From Candidatus Latescibacterota bacterium (GTDB taxonomy: Bacteria; Latescibacterota; UBA2968; UBA8231): a stretch of DNA of 64,000 nucleotides. The stretch spans positions 3,358,305 to 3,422,304 of the forward strand of contig CBDCNM010000002.1 of the NCBI GenBank assembly GCA_965219385.1, written 5' to 3'. The stretch's first letter is position 1. Each line of letters opens with the position of its first letter. Of the stretch, positions 9,223-19,737 are shown one piece after another. Below the pieces are notes generated by a model. It ran no database searches and was not told the origin of the DNA. It worked only from the letters and a program-made list of their open reading frames with translations. Both the position numbers and the translations under genes were made by a program.

Positions 9223-11480
9223 TGCCTGCAAAAGTAAAAACATGGATCGGGTTCTGCGCCGGCGGAGGATTGCTGCTCTGGGCCTTGGGCGCGGTAGCCG
9301 AGAACGGCGGGGTGCGCGGTCGGGTAGTGGACGACGGCTCCGGGGCTCCGCTGGGCGAAGTGACGGTGGAACTGCGCCCGCACTCTAGGGCCGGCCCTAC
9401 CCGAATGACTCTGAGCGACAGCACCGGCGGTTTTTACCTGCAGGGCCTGGCACCCGGCAGGTGGCAAATGCAGATCAAAGCCATGGGGTATGAAAACCTG
9501 GCGCGGGAGATTGAGGTGGGAGCGCTAGAGCCCGAAATCGAGATCCGGCTGCAGGCTCGCCCCTTGCTGATGGACGAGATGGTGGTGCGGGCCCGGCGCC
9601 CCGGGGTGGAGACCCGGCGCCCGGCCTTTGTCGAGGTGATTGCCGTGGAAGAGCAGCCCGGACTCGACCTGCCCGAGGTCCTGGACCAGGCCGTGGGGGT
9701 CAAGATCCGCCGCTACGGGGGGCTGGGAAGCTTCAGCACGCTCTCGATCCGCGGCTCCACGGCCGAGCAGGTCCAGGTCTACATGGACGGGGTTCCCCTG
9801 AACCAGGCGATTGGGGGGGGCGTGGATCTGGGGAATGTGCCGCTGGGCGGTATCGAGCGCCTGGAGATCTACCGGGGGGCCGTGCCAGGGCGCTTTGGCG
9901 GCAACAGCATCGGCGGGATTCTCCACATCCGCACCCGCAAGGCCGGTGGTGAACGTCACGCGCGGAGCCAGGTCGCGGCCGGCTCGTTCGGGACTTGGCA
10001 GTTCAGTGGGGCCAGCGGCGGGGCCTGGGGCCGCACCCGCTACCTGGGCATGGTGGACCTGGGCGCAAGCCGCAATGACTTTGCATTCCTGGACGACAAC
10101 GGCACCGCCTTCAATACCGACGACGACGAGTGGACGGCGCGGCGCAACAGTGATTTCCACTCGGTCCGGGTGCTCACCAAGGCGGAAAGACCCTGGGGCC
10201 AGGCCCGTTTGCAGGCGCACAACACCTTTGATCTCAACCATAGGGGCATCCCCGGCATCGGCAGTTTTCAGGCCGGCCAGGTGCGCTTTGACACCTGGCG
10301 CAACACCACCGAAGTGGAAATCTTCGGCCATTTTGGCTCTTCAGTCTACCGGGTGTCGGGCTACCACCTCCTGCAACGAGAAGAGTACAAGGACCTGAAA
10401 GGCGAGGTCGGCCTGGGCACCCAGCACGAGCGCAACACCACCCGCAGCCTGGGCCTGCGGGCCGAGTGGAACACCCTGTACCACCGAACCCTGACGACCC
10501 TGTTCGCGGGAGCGCGCTACGAAAACTTCGCCCCGAGCAACCTGCTGCAATCCCACAGCCGCCTGCTCGAGAGCCGCCGCCACAGTGTTTCCCTGGGGGC
10601 GGAGGCGGAAGTGCCGCTGTTTGCGGAGCGCCTGCAAATAATCGGCGGCAGCCAACTGGAGCGCAGCGCCGATACCTTCTACGGTCAAAGGCTTTTTGGC
10701 AGCCCTGCTCTGGCGCCCAGCCGGGACAAAGCGAATCTGCTGTGGGGCGCGCGACTCGGGGGGCGCCTGCGACTCGGCAGAGGTTGGACCCTGCAGGGCC
10801 ACGGCGGACGCTACCAGCGCCCGCCCAGTTTCTACGAACTCTTCGGAGACCGCGGCGCCGTGATCGGCAATACCGACCTGGTCAGCGAAGAGGGCCGCAA
10901 CTGGGATCTGGGCCTGGTGTTCCGGTCGCAGCGAACCAGGAGCACCGGGGTGCTCTTGACGGAGGCGGTCTATTTCCGCAACACCGTGCGCGACCTGATC
11001 CGCTTCGTACACAACTCGCAGCTGGTATCGCGGCCACAAAACCTGGGCAAGGTTCGGATTCAAGGGCTGGAAACCCGCATGCGGTTGCGATTGTTCTCCA
11101 GCGGACGGATCAGCGGCAACTACGTGTACCAGGTCCCCGTCAACCGCTCGCCCCTCTCCTATGAAAACGGCAAGGATTTGGCCAATGCCCCCAGGCACAC
11201 CCTCAACCTCAGGGCGGGTCTGGCCGGGGCCAGGGGCGAGGTGCATTACGAATTGAGCGAGGAGAGCCGGCACTTCCTGGACCGGACCAATCTGCGCCGG
11301 GTCCCGCGCCGGGTGGTACACAATATCGGCGGTCATCGAGCGGTTTTCGCGGGAGCGGAGATCTCCTGGGAAATCCGCAACCTGACGGCCAACCAGGTGG
11401 TGGATCTGTGGGGTTATCCCCTGCCGGGCAGGTCCTACTTTGTTGGATTGAAGCAGGATATCGAAGATTTGTTTCGCTAG
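9222..11480 (+). CDS. TonB-dependent receptor (BtuB-like by context)
   Basis: Signal peptide, carboxypeptidase-regulatory-like N-domain, plug GGLGSFSTLSIRGS..QVQVYMDGVPLN, C-terminal GYPLPGRSYF; start codon uncertain. Confidence 0.88.
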   Translation: MPAKVKTWIGFCAGGGLLLWALGAVAENGGVRGRVVDDGSGAPLGEVTVELRPHSRAGPTRMTLSDSTGGFYLQGLAPGRWQMQIKAMGYENLAREIEVGALEPEIEIRLQARPLLMDEMVVRARRPGVETRRPAFVEVIAVEEQPGLDLPEVLDQAVGVKIRRYGGLGSFSTLSIRGSTAEQVQVYMDGVPLNQAIGGGVDLGNVPLGGIERLEIYRGAVPGRFGGNSIGGILHIRTRKAGGERHARSQVAAGSFGTWQFSGASGGAWGRTRYLGMVDLGASRNDFAFLDDNGTAFNTDDDEWTARRNSDFHSVRVLTKAERPWGQARLQAHNTFDLNHRGIPGIGSFQAGQVRFDTWRNTTEVEIFGHFGSSVYRVSGYHLLQREEYKDLKGEVGLGTQHERNTTRSLGLRAEWNTLYHRTLTTLFAGARYENFAPSNLLQSHSRLLESRRHSVSLGAEAEVPLFAERLQIIGGSQLERSADTFYGQRLFGSPALAPSRDKANLLWGARLGGRLRLGRGWTLQGHGGRYQRPPSFYELFGDRGAVIGNTDLVSEEGRNWDLGLVFRSQRTRSTGVLLTEAVYFRNTVRDLIRFVHNSQLVSRPQNLGKVRIQGLETRMRLRLFSSGRISGNYVYQVPVNRSPLSYENGKDLANAPRHTLNLRAGLAGARGEVHYELSEESRHFLDRTNLRRVPRRVVHNIGGHRAVFAGAEISWEIRNLTANQVVDLWGYPLPGRSYFVGLKQDIEDLFR

Positions 11481-11510
11481 TGCCGTTTTCACTTAAATTG
11501 GAGGTTCAGT

Positions 11511-12932
11511 ATGTTGCAAAGAACGGGAGGTATTCTACTGGCAGTAGCCGGACTCTGGGCCTGGGGAAGCGCCCCGGCCGCGGCCGAGTCCGGGATTTTT
11601 GCGGTGACCACGGCGGATTTCCAGACCGGCAGTACCGCCTTTGTGGCGCCCGGCGCCGCAAGCGCGGAGATCGATCTGCTCTCGCCCATCCACGGCGATG
11701 CCGTGGCCCGCTACCACCAAGGCAGGATCTACATCATCGAACGTTTGGGCGGGGACAACATCATCGTGCTAGATCCGGCGGACCTGCGCACCCCCGTGGT
11801 CCAGTTCTCGGTGGGCAACGGCGCCAACCCCAAGGACATCGAATTCGCCGGTCCGGCCAAGGCCTATGTCTCGCGCTACGGCAGCGCCTCCCTGCTGGTG
11901 GTGGATCCACGCGACGGGACCTGGCTGGGCGAGATCGATTTGAGCGGCTTTGCCGACGCCGACGGCCTGCCGGAGATGGAGCAGATGGCCGTGGTGGGAT
12001 CCAGGCTCTACGTGGCTTTGCAGCGGCTGGATAACTTCGCGCCGACCGAGACCAGCTACCTGGGGGTGATCGACATGGACAGCGATGCGCTGGTGGATAT
12101 GGATCCCGACGCGGAGGGGGTGCAGGGGATCCGGCTGGCGGGCACCAACCCCAACGAGGTGATCGCCAGCGGGCAGAAGCTCATCGTGTCCGGGACGGCC
12201 GGCTTCGGGGACAGGGCCGGGGGCATCGAGGTGGTGGATCTGGAAACCAACCGCAGCGAGGGCATCGCGATTTCGGAAGAGGCGCTCGACGGAGATCTGA
12301 CCGGCCTGGCCATGGCCTCGCAGGAACAGGGCTTCGCCGTAGTCCTGGGCGGCGATTTTGTCAGCTATTACATCAGGCCGGTGGACCTTTCCACCGGCGC
12401 GGTCGGCGCTCCGCTCCAAGGCCACTCCACCGGCGCCACCCTGGCGCTGGCGGTGGATGGAGCGCGGCTGATCGCGACGGACTCGGGGACGGCGGATGCA
12501 CCGGAGAAGGCCGGATTGCTGATCTACGACCTCTCCAGCGGCGAGTTGCTGGCCGGACCGATTCCCACCGGCCTGCCGCCTACCGGCATCGCAATCCTGA
12601 ACGACGCCGGCCCTACGGCCGTGCTCGAAGAGGCCCTGCAGGTGCTGCCGCGGCAGGCCCGCTTGAGTCCGGCCTACCCCAACCCCTTCAATGCCGCCGT
12701 CACCATCCCCTTTGTGCTCGAGAGCCGCCAGGAGCACCTGCGTCTGACGCTCTACGATTCTCTGGGCCGGCGGATTCGCACCCTAATGGACGGTCCCCTG
12801 AGGGCCGGTTCTTACCTTCATTCCTGGGATGGCACCAACCAGGCCGGAAAGGGGGTGGGCAATGGCGCCTATCTGATCGAATTGCGCCTGAACCAGGAAT
12901 ACCTCACCACCAAGGTGCTGCTTTTGAAGTAG
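11511..12932 (+). CDS. secreted YncE-like beta-propeller with FlgD-Ig/T9SS-like C-terminal domain
   Basis: Signal peptide; NPKDIEF..KAYVSRY, LYVALQRLD; CTD AYPNPFNA...YDSLGRRIRTL...WDGTNQAG...G.Y..KVLLLK. Confidence 0.75.
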   Translation: MLQRTGGILLAVAGLWAWGSAPAAAESGIFAVTTADFQTGSTAFVAPGAASAEIDLLSPIHGDAVARYHQGRIYIIERLGGDNIIVLDPADLRTPVVQFSVGNGANPKDIEFAGPAKAYVSRYGSASLLVVDPRDGTWLGEIDLSGFADADGLPEMEQMAVVGSRLYVALQRLDNFAPTETSYLGVIDMDSDALVDMDPDAEGVQGIRLAGTNPNEVIASGQKLIVSGTAGFGDRAGGIEVVDLETNRSEGIAISEEALDGDLTGLAMASQEQGFAVVLGGDFVSYYIRPVDLSTGAVGAPLQGHSTGATLALAVDGARLIATDSGTADAPEKAGLLIYDLSSGELLAGPIPTGLPPTGIAILNDAGPTAVLEEALQVLPRQARLSPAYPNPFNAAVTIPFVLESRQEHLRLTLYDSLGRRIRTLMDGPLRAGSYLHSWDGTNQAGKGVGNGAYLIELRLNQEYLTTKVLLLK

Positions 12933-12954
12933 GATTCGAGCAAGGGAGTGCGCG

Positions 12955-13539
12955 ATGGTGAATCTATCCAGAATCTACACCCGGACCGGCGACCAGGGCA
13001 CCACCCGCCTCGGCGACAACAGCACGGTCTCCAAGACCGATCTGCGCATCGAGGCCTACGGCACGGTGGACGAACTGAACGCCGTCCTGGGGTTGGCGCG
13101 GACAGGGAATATGGGGACCTCGCACCAGGAGCTTTTGCAGCGGGTGCAGAACGAGCTTTTTGATCTGGGCGCCGATCTGTGCCGGCCCCAGGCCCAGGAC
13201 GAGACCGAGGGGGCGGTCCTGCGGATCCAGGCCGGGCAGGTGGAACGCCTCGAAGCCGAAATTGACCGCATCAACGCCGACCTGGAACCCCTGCGCAGTT
13301 TTGTCCTGCCCGGAGGCGCGGATGCGGCGGCCTGGCTGCATCTGGCGCGCACGGTGTGCCGCCGGGCCGAGCGCCGCGTTTGGGAACTGGCGCAGAGGGA
13401 TGCGCTCAACCAGCAGGTCCTCGTCTATTTGAACCGGCTTTCGGACCTGCTCTTCGTGATGTCCCGCGCCCAGAATGACGGCGGGCGGCGCGATGTGCTC
13501 TGGGAGCCGGGCAAGACCCAGACCGGTGGTGCACCTTGA
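12955..13539 (+). CDS. pduO: PduO-type ATP:cob(I)alamin adenosyltransferase
   Basis: IYTRTGDQG, AYGTVDELN, FVLPGG, ARTVCRRAER, YLNRLSDLLF. Confidence 0.93.
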   Translation: MVNLSRIYTRTGDQGTTRLGDNSTVSKTDLRIEAYGTVDELNAVLGLARTGNMGTSHQELLQRVQNELFDLGADLCRPQAQDETEGAVLRIQAGQVERLEAEIDRINADLEPLRSFVLPGGADAAAWLHLARTVCRRAERRVWELAQRDALNQQVLVYLNRLSDLLFVMSRAQNDGGRRDVLWEPGKTQTGGAP

Positions 13540-13612
13540 CACCCCTTCCCGCAGGTGCGTAGTTTCCAGGGCGTGATCGATTGGGAATTCGCAAAAAATG
13601 AAAGGAGGGCAG

Positions 13613-14257
13613 ATGGCCGATTTCTGGATCAAAGAGGGCGAGACCATGCTGTTCATCGGCGACAGCATCACGGACTGCGGTCGGAGGGGGGAGCAGGCGC
13701 CGCTGGGCAATGGCTACGTGAGCCTGTTCACCGAACTGGCCACGGCGCGCTTCCCGGAGCGCAAGATCCGCTATATCAACAAGGGGATCGGCGGCAACCG
13801 CACCTCGGATTTGCAGGAGCGCTGGCGGGACGATGTGCTCTTTCACCAGCCAGACCGGTTGTCCGTCAAGATCGGCATCAACGATCTGCACTCCCACCTT
13901 CGCGGCGCCGAGGACGGCATCGGCCCGGAGTTGTTTGCCGAAAACTACGACGAGTTGCTGGACCTGACCGAGAGCGAGCTTAACTGTCCGGTGGTGCTGA
14001 TCTCGCCGTTCTTCATTTCCACGGACCGCTCGGGACAGACCTTCCGCAGCCGGGTACTGGACCTGCTGCCGCACTACATCGAGGTGGTAGAGAAAATGAG
14101 CGTCAAGTACAATACAAAGCTGGTGCGGCTCCAGGATATCTTTGCAGAGCACCTGAAGCACCGGGACGCGGATACCTTCTGTCCGGAGCCGGTGCACCCG
14201 AACCACACCGGGCACCTGGTGATCGCCCAGGCGTTGATGGATGTGTTGACCAAGTAG
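13613..14257 (+). CDS. SGNH/GDSL hydrolase
   Basis: FIGDSITD, NKGIGGN, IGINDL, EPVHPN. Confidence 0.88.
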   Translation: MADFWIKEGETMLFIGDSITDCGRRGEQAPLGNGYVSLFTELATARFPERKIRYINKGIGGNRTSDLQERWRDDVLFHQPDRLSVKIGINDLHSHLRGAEDGIGPELFAENYDELLDLTESELNCPVVLISPFFISTDRSGQTFRSRVLDLLPHYIEVVEKMSVKYNTKLVRLQDIFAEHLKHRDADTFCPEPVHPNHTGHLVIAQALMDVLTK

Positions 14258-14274
14258 AGAGTAAAGGAGTAGAT

Positions 14275-15717
14275 ATGGCTACAACCAGCTTTGACTCTGA
14301 CCGCGCATCGGCTGCGGCACCCGACTTCCCGAAGACTGGATCCGACGAGGAGGGCTTTTCGTGGCTCAGGGAGATCACCGAGGAGGTGCCACCGCTCAAA
14401 AACGACCGCGGCGGACGCTGGCCAATGGTCCTGTGGGACGACGGCGGGGGCCTTGAGCCACTTTCTGTGGAGGTGCATCAGGCGATGCTGGCGCGCGGCA
14501 TTGTGCAGCATATCCGCATGGACACCGGCATGATCGAGACCGCCAAAGCGCTCCAGGCCGCGGGGGCACCCGTCATCATGGTCCAGGGCTCCAGCGGCAC
14601 CTGGCGCTACCAGATGGGCGGTCCTGAAAGCGAGTGGGCCCACCAGTTCGAGACGGGTTATGCCCCTGAGTCGGAACGCCACTACGCCTGCCCGCACCGG
14701 TTCGCCGGGTACGCCGTGCAGGCCGACGTTATCCGCAAGACCCTGCGCGCCTTCAAGGAGGCCGGCGTCGCGGTGGACGCCGTCTGGATGGACTGGGAGG
14801 ACGATCCCATTCCAGGAAGCACGCCGGGGGATCGGTACCAGCAGGCCAGCCATTGCCGGCGCTGCCGCGCAGAGCTGCCGCCCGAGGTCATCGGCGATGA
14901 GAAGAGCTACCTGGATTTCTGCTGGCGGCTCTACCAGGAACTCAACGGCGCCTACCTGGCCGGGCCGGCGCTCGAGGTGTTTCCCCGGTGCTCCGTCACC
15001 AACTGGATGGTCCTATACTCGACGCCGGAGCGGACTGTGCGGCACTGGACCGACCGGGTGCTGGCGCCGTGCATCCCGCCTGTTTTCACCGCCACCAACC
15101 CCGTGGCCTACGGCAACGACAAGTTCTGGCCAGCCGCGTGGCAGGAGGCGTTTCCCCTCGACCGCGAACACGTGGATCAATTCTACATGCACCTGATGCT
15201 GCGCATGATTTCGGACGACGCGGCCAACCGTCAGCGCTATCGGCCCGAGGTGCAGAGCATCCCCTGGGTGGTGCGGTGGTGTCCGGACATCGGTGACCCG
15301 GAGATCCCGATGATGAGCCGCGAGGCGTACCGGGAGTCGCTACGGCACATGTGGCTGCGCGGGGTCGACGGGATGCAGCTCTTTCAGCCGCTGCGCCAGG
15401 GCTACCAGCACATCGTCAAGACCGAGGTGCACGATGCGGTCGCAATTTATGACGAGATGCTGGCCCACCGGGCGTTTCTCGACCACGGCGAGGTCTTGTG
15501 CACCGACGTGCCTGCCCTCCAGGACGGCGGCGTGGTCTGGTCCGGGCTGCGGCTGGAAGAGCGGGCCGTGGTTCGGGCCTACACCCAGAGCAAAGGCACG
15601 GTCGCCTTCGAGGTGCGGCCGTGGCCGTCGACCGGGGTGGAACTGGTCGCGACCGACGCGGGCAGAACGTATCTGCTCGAGCGGGCAGGGGACGAGGTTG
15701 CGGTCACTGATCTGTGA
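14275..15717 (+). CDS. hypothetical protein (possible glycoside-hydrolase-like TIM barrel)
   Basis: 480-aa ORF with GGAG RBS and strong GC3 bias; DAVWMDWE and CxxC motifs. Confidence 0.6.
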   Translation: MATTSFDSDRASAAAPDFPKTGSDEEGFSWLREITEEVPPLKNDRGGRWPMVLWDDGGGLEPLSVEVHQAMLARGIVQHIRMDTGMIETAKALQAAGAPVIMVQGSSGTWRYQMGGPESEWAHQFETGYAPESERHYACPHRFAGYAVQADVIRKTLRAFKEAGVAVDAVWMDWEDDPIPGSTPGDRYQQASHCRRCRAELPPEVIGDEKSYLDFCWRLYQELNGAYLAGPALEVFPRCSVTNWMVLYSTPERTVRHWTDRVLAPCIPPVFTATNPVAYGNDKFWPAAWQEAFPLDREHVDQFYMHLMLRMISDDAANRQRYRPEVQSIPWVVRWCPDIGDPEIPMMSREAYRESLRHMWLRGVDGMQLFQPLRQGYQHIVKTEVHDAVAIYDEMLAHRAFLDHGEVLCTDVPALQDGGVVWSGLRLEERAVVRAYTQSKGTVAFEVRPWPSTGVELVATDAGRTYLLERAGDEVAVTDL

Positions 15718-15724
15718 GGATGAT

Positions 15725-17956
15725 ATGGACTCCCTGTGGAATCTTGGGTTTATCGGTCTTTGCCTGCTTCTGGCCGCCGCCTTTAGCCGCGCGCACGGGG
15801 CTGAGATCACCCATCCTTCCCCCTGGACCGCCCCCTCGCCCTGTTCGTCGGCACCGCGGCCCTGGTCGTTCGACGGGCTCGGCCAGGTGGGCACGCTGCG
15901 ATTTGGTACAAACGACGATGGTTTCATTGTGGCCAACGATGTGGTTGGGATCGCCTTCGCCCCCGCCGAACAGGGCAGCGGCCTGACCAGCCTTTACCAC
16001 TTGGCCACTCAAACCGAGTTTGTTCCTGCACCAACGGATGCGCCGACTCTGTGGGAAATCCAGGTGCGCAAGCAGGATGGCTCAGTGGCGACCGTGGCCA
16101 ACACCGGCTCCCCGGCCCGGTCCAAAAGCCACGTCGTGGATAACCGGATCGAGGCCACCCTCGTCTGGCCGTCCGTGGAAGTGCCCGGCGCCCAGGGCGA
16201 TCTGGCCGTGACGGTGGAGGTGAGACTGCATGCCGACTCAGGAGGACCGCGCCTGAGAATCGCCGTGACCAACCGCCTGCAAGACGCCGGGCTGTGGCGG
16301 GTCGACTTCCCCTTTGTCACCGGACTGGGTTATGCCGGTGCCAGCGACCTGGGCCGGCCGCTGCGCAATCACGGGATTCTCCACCGGCAGCTCGCCGAGG
16401 CAAAGGAAGGGGTTTACCCGGCGGGGTGGGAGTGGCCCATGCAATACCTTTCCCTCACCTGCGGGCAAGCGACCCTGTACCTGGCCTGCGAAGACGGCAA
16501 GGGCTGGCACAAGGGCTACCAGATCGATCCGGGCCAGCACTTCCGCTTCTATGCCCTGCCCGCCGGTATGGGCACGCCGGGGGCCGATTACGAGCAGTCC
16601 TACGACACGGTGCTGGAGCCGCTGCGCGGCGACTGGTTCGACGCCGCCCAACGCTACCGCGGCTGGGCCCTGAATCAGCGCTGGATGCGCCGGGGTACGG
16701 TCCTCGAACGCACCGATACTCCTGGGGACATCAAGCGGGTTGCCCTGTGGATTTTGGAAGGGGGGCGGGCGGATGAGAATGTGCCCAAGGTCTTGCAGGC
16801 CCAGGAGTTTTTCGAGGTGCCTCTGGGGGTCCACTGGTACAACTGGCACGAGATTCCCTTTGACCACGAATACCCTCACTACTTTCCCGCCAAACCGGGA
16901 TTCGCCGAGGGCATCGCCCGGCTCAAGCAGCAGGGCGTGCTGGTGATGCCCTACATCAACGGGCGCCTGTGGGACAACACCCTGGACGATTTCGCCCGGG
17001 CCCGCCCCTTTGCCTGCAAGGATATCGACGGAGAAGCCTACACCGAGATCTACGGCAGCAGCGCCCCGCTGTCGCCCATGTGCCCGACGCAGCCGTTCTG
17101 GCATCGAACCATCGCCGACATCGTCACCCGCCTCAAGGACGAAAGCGGCATCACTGCCCTGTACATCGACCAGATTGCTGCATCCCACCCGCAACCCTGC
17201 TTCGACGCGGCGCACGGACACCCCCTCGGGGGCGGGCACTGGTGGGTTGACGGCTACCTGGCCATGGTGGAAAAGATTCGCGCCATCACCGGACTCGAGG
17301 TAGCGCTCACCACGGAAAACAACTGCGAAATCTACGCGGACTGGTTCGACGCTTACCTGATCTGGACACCCCGCAAAGCGGAGATGGCCCCTATCTTTCC
17401 GGCGGTGTACGGGGATCGGATCTTGCGCTTTGGATCCCCGACAAGGGGGGGCGATGACGATACGACTTTTGCTATCATGGTCGGCCGCGATTTCCTCTGG
17501 GGCGCTCAACTAGGCTGGATGGGTACCGAGTTGCTGAAAGAAGAGCACCGCAACAAGGCCGCGTTCTTGAAACGCATGGCCCAGCTGCGCGCGCACGAAG
17601 AACTTCAGGCTTTTATCGCGTACGGTGAAATGTTGCGGGCGCCCGCCTGGGCGACTCCCGTTCCGGTCGTTGAAGCTGACTGGGCCGGAACCCCTGTGGT
17701 CATGGATGGTCTAGAGCGCGCCGCCTGGCGTGCTCCAGACGGTCGCGTCGCCGTGTTCGTGGTCAATTTCGACGTGGAAGCCCAGCGCTGCGACCTGGAC
17801 CTCGGAGGCCTCATCCAGGCCGGCGACTCCTATGAGCTGGTCGTCCGGGACCGCCGGGATCAGCAGGTCGGGCCCACCGTTGACGCCACCCAGCCCACCG
17901 TTTCGATCCAAGTGCCGGGCCGCGATGGAGTTGCCCTGATTCTCCAGAAGAACTAA
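15725..17956 (+). CDS. exported DUF6259-like protein (putative glycoside hydrolase)
   Basis: Signal peptide; HWYNWHEIPFDHEYPHYFP, MPYINGRLWD, MCP, YIDQIA, HGHPLGGG, TTE. Confidence 0.7.
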   Translation: MDSLWNLGFIGLCLLLAAAFSRAHGAEITHPSPWTAPSPCSSAPRPWSFDGLGQVGTLRFGTNDDGFIVANDVVGIAFAPAEQGSGLTSLYHLATQTEFVPAPTDAPTLWEIQVRKQDGSVATVANTGSPARSKSHVVDNRIEATLVWPSVEVPGAQGDLAVTVEVRLHADSGGPRLRIAVTNRLQDAGLWRVDFPFVTGLGYAGASDLGRPLRNHGILHRQLAEAKEGVYPAGWEWPMQYLSLTCGQATLYLACEDGKGWHKGYQIDPGQHFRFYALPAGMGTPGADYEQSYDTVLEPLRGDWFDAAQRYRGWALNQRWMRRGTVLERTDTPGDIKRVALWILEGGRADENVPKVLQAQEFFEVPLGVHWYNWHEIPFDHEYPHYFPAKPGFAEGIARLKQQGVLVMPYINGRLWDNTLDDFARARPFACKDIDGEAYTEIYGSSAPLSPMCPTQPFWHRTIADIVTRLKDESGITALYIDQIAASHPQPCFDAAHGHPLGGGHWWVDGYLAMVEKIRAITGLEVALTTENNCEIYADWFDAYLIWTPRKAEMAPIFPAVYGDRILRFGSPTRGGDDDTTFAIMVGRDFLWGAQLGWMGTELLKEEHRNKAAFLKRMAQLRAHEELQAFIAYGEMLRAPAWATPVPVVEADWAGTPVVMDGLERAAWRAPDGRVAVFVVNFDVEAQRCDLDLGGLIQAGDSYELVVRDRRDQQVGPTVDATQPTVSIQVPGRDGVALILQKN

Positions 17957-17958
17957 TA

Positions 17959-18930
17959 TCACGGCGTCTGGGCACCCGTGGCTTCCACGTACACGGAATA
18001 GAGCGACTGGCTGCCGGTCATGAACAGCCGGTTTTTCTTGCGACCGCCGAAGCACAGGTTGGAGCAGACCTCCGGGAGGTGGATCCTGCCGATCAGATCG
18101 CCATCGGGCGCAAAGCAGTAGACCCCGTCGACATAATCCTCGCCGCCCCAGCCGGCGCTGGACCAGACATTGCCGTCCACATCCATGCGGATGCCGTCGG
18201 CAAAGCCCGGCGCCATGTCCACGAATACCCTGCCGTTGACCAGGCGCCTGCCGTCCATCACGTCGAAGACGCGGATGTGGGCCGGCCCCTCGGGGTTGTG
18301 AGATGATCCGGTATCGGTGATGTAGAGTTTGGACTCGTCAGGCGAGAAACACAGACCATTGGGTTTTTCGAAATCATCCGCCACCACCGTGGCCTCTCCC
18401 GTGTTCGGGTCGAGTCGGTACACGTGGGTGGGCAGCTCGAGTTCGACGGCGAAACCTTCGTAGTTCATGATGGATCCGTACCCTGGATCGGTGAACCAGA
18501 TGGATCCATCCGAATGCACCACAATGTCGTTCGGCGCGTTCAGGGGTTTGCCCTCGAAACCATCCATCAACACGGTGATGCGGCCATCGTACTCGGTGCG
18601 GGTGATCCGGCGGGTGCTGTGCTCGCAGCTGACCAGCCGGCCCTGGCGGTCCCGGGTGTGGCCGTTGGTGTAATTGGAAGGGCGGCGGAATACGCTGACC
18701 GTGCCGGTCTCCTCGGTCCAGCTCAAGATGCGGTTGTTGGGGATATCGCTCCACAGCAGGTAACCCCCGTCGCCGAACCACACGGGGCCTTCGGCCCAGC
18801 GCGAGCCGGTGTAGAGGCGCTCGACCGCGGCGTTGCCGATGCGGTATTTGACGAAGCGCTGGTCGATGACTTCGATGGAGGGGTCTGGGTAACAGACGAT
18901 GTCCTGGCTCCAGTCTCTGGGCGTTTTCAT
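17959..18930 (-). CDS. SMP-30/gluconolactonase family protein
   Basis: WAEGPVW, LNAPNDIV, PNGLCFSPDE, ADGIRMDVDGN, SNLCFGG. Confidence 0.92.
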   Translation of the reverse strand: MKTPRDWSQDIVCYPDPSIEVIDQRFVKYRIGNAAVERLYTGSRWAEGPVWFGDGGYLLWSDIPNNRILSWTEETGTVSVFRRPSNYTNGHTRDRQGRLVSCEHSTRRITRTEYDGRITVLMDGFEGKPLNAPNDIVVHSDGSIWFTDPGYGSIMNYEGFAVELELPTHVYRLDPNTGEATVVADDFEKPNGLCFSPDESKLYITDTGSSHNPEGPAHIRVFDVMDGRRLVNGRVFVDMAPGFADGIRMDVDGNVWSSAGWGGEDYVDGVYCFAPDGDLIGRIHLPEVCSNLCFGGRKKNRLFMTGSQSLYSVYVEATGAQTP

Positions 18931-19050
18931 GGATTTTTTCCTTTGTTTGTTTCCGGCCTCGCTTATTGTGCGGGCTACTGATATTTGCGAATTTGTATAT
19001 ATTAAAGCAAAACATACCCTCGATCAATCACACCCTCGCACCAGGCAGGC

Positions 19051-19734
19051 ATGTCCGTCCGGCTCTTCTTGCTGATCAGCTTCGCGCTCTACCATGTCCA
19101 GGGCACGGCACGGGAGAACACCTCACCTGTCGTCGCCCCGGCCGCCCCCGATCCCCCCGTCATCCTGTTTTTTGGGGATAGCATAAGCGCTGGTTACGGG
19201 ATTGAAACCGAACAGGCTTTTCCGGCTCTGATTCAGCAGAAGATAGATGCGCAGGGCTGGGCCTTCAAAGTGGTGAATGCGGGATTGAGCGGGGAGACCA
19301 CGGCTGCGGGTTTGCGTCGCATAGACTGGATCTTGAAACGCAAGATCGATTTTCTAGTGCTGGAATTGGGCGGCAACGATGGCCTGCGCGGCGTGCCCCT
19401 GAACACGACCAGGAAGAACCTGCAGGCCATCATTGACCGCGCCAAAACGAAATACCCCCAGGTGCGGATCGTCATCGCCGGCATGCAGATCCCCCCGAAC
19501 CTGGGCCCTGAATACACCGCCGAATTTCGCGCCATATTTCCGGCCCTGGCCAAAAAGAACAAAGCAGCGCTCATCCCCTTCTTGCTGGAGCGCGTGGGCG
19601 GGGTGCCCGAACTGAACCTGCCCGACGGCATCCATCCCACGCCGGAGGGGCACAAAATCGTGGCGGAGAATGTGTGGAAGACGCTGAAGCCTTTGCTGGA
19701 AGAGCCGGTGTCCCAGCGCCCCAAAGATCCTTGA
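19051..19734 (+). CDS. arylesterase / TesA-like SGNH hydrolase
   Basis: FGDSISAGYG, NAGLSGETT, ELGGNDGLRG, DGIHP. Confidence 0.9.
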   Translation: MSVRLFLLISFALYHVQGTARENTSPVVAPAAPDPPVILFFGDSISAGYGIETEQAFPALIQQKIDAQGWAFKVVNAGLSGETTAAGLRRIDWILKRKIDFLVLELGGNDGLRGVPLNTTRKNLQAIIDRAKTKYPQVRIVIAGMQIPPNLGPEYTAEFRAIFPALAKKNKAALIPFLLERVGGVPELNLPDGIHPTPEGHKIVAENVWKTLKPLLEEPVSQRPKDP

Positions 19735-19737
19735 TCA

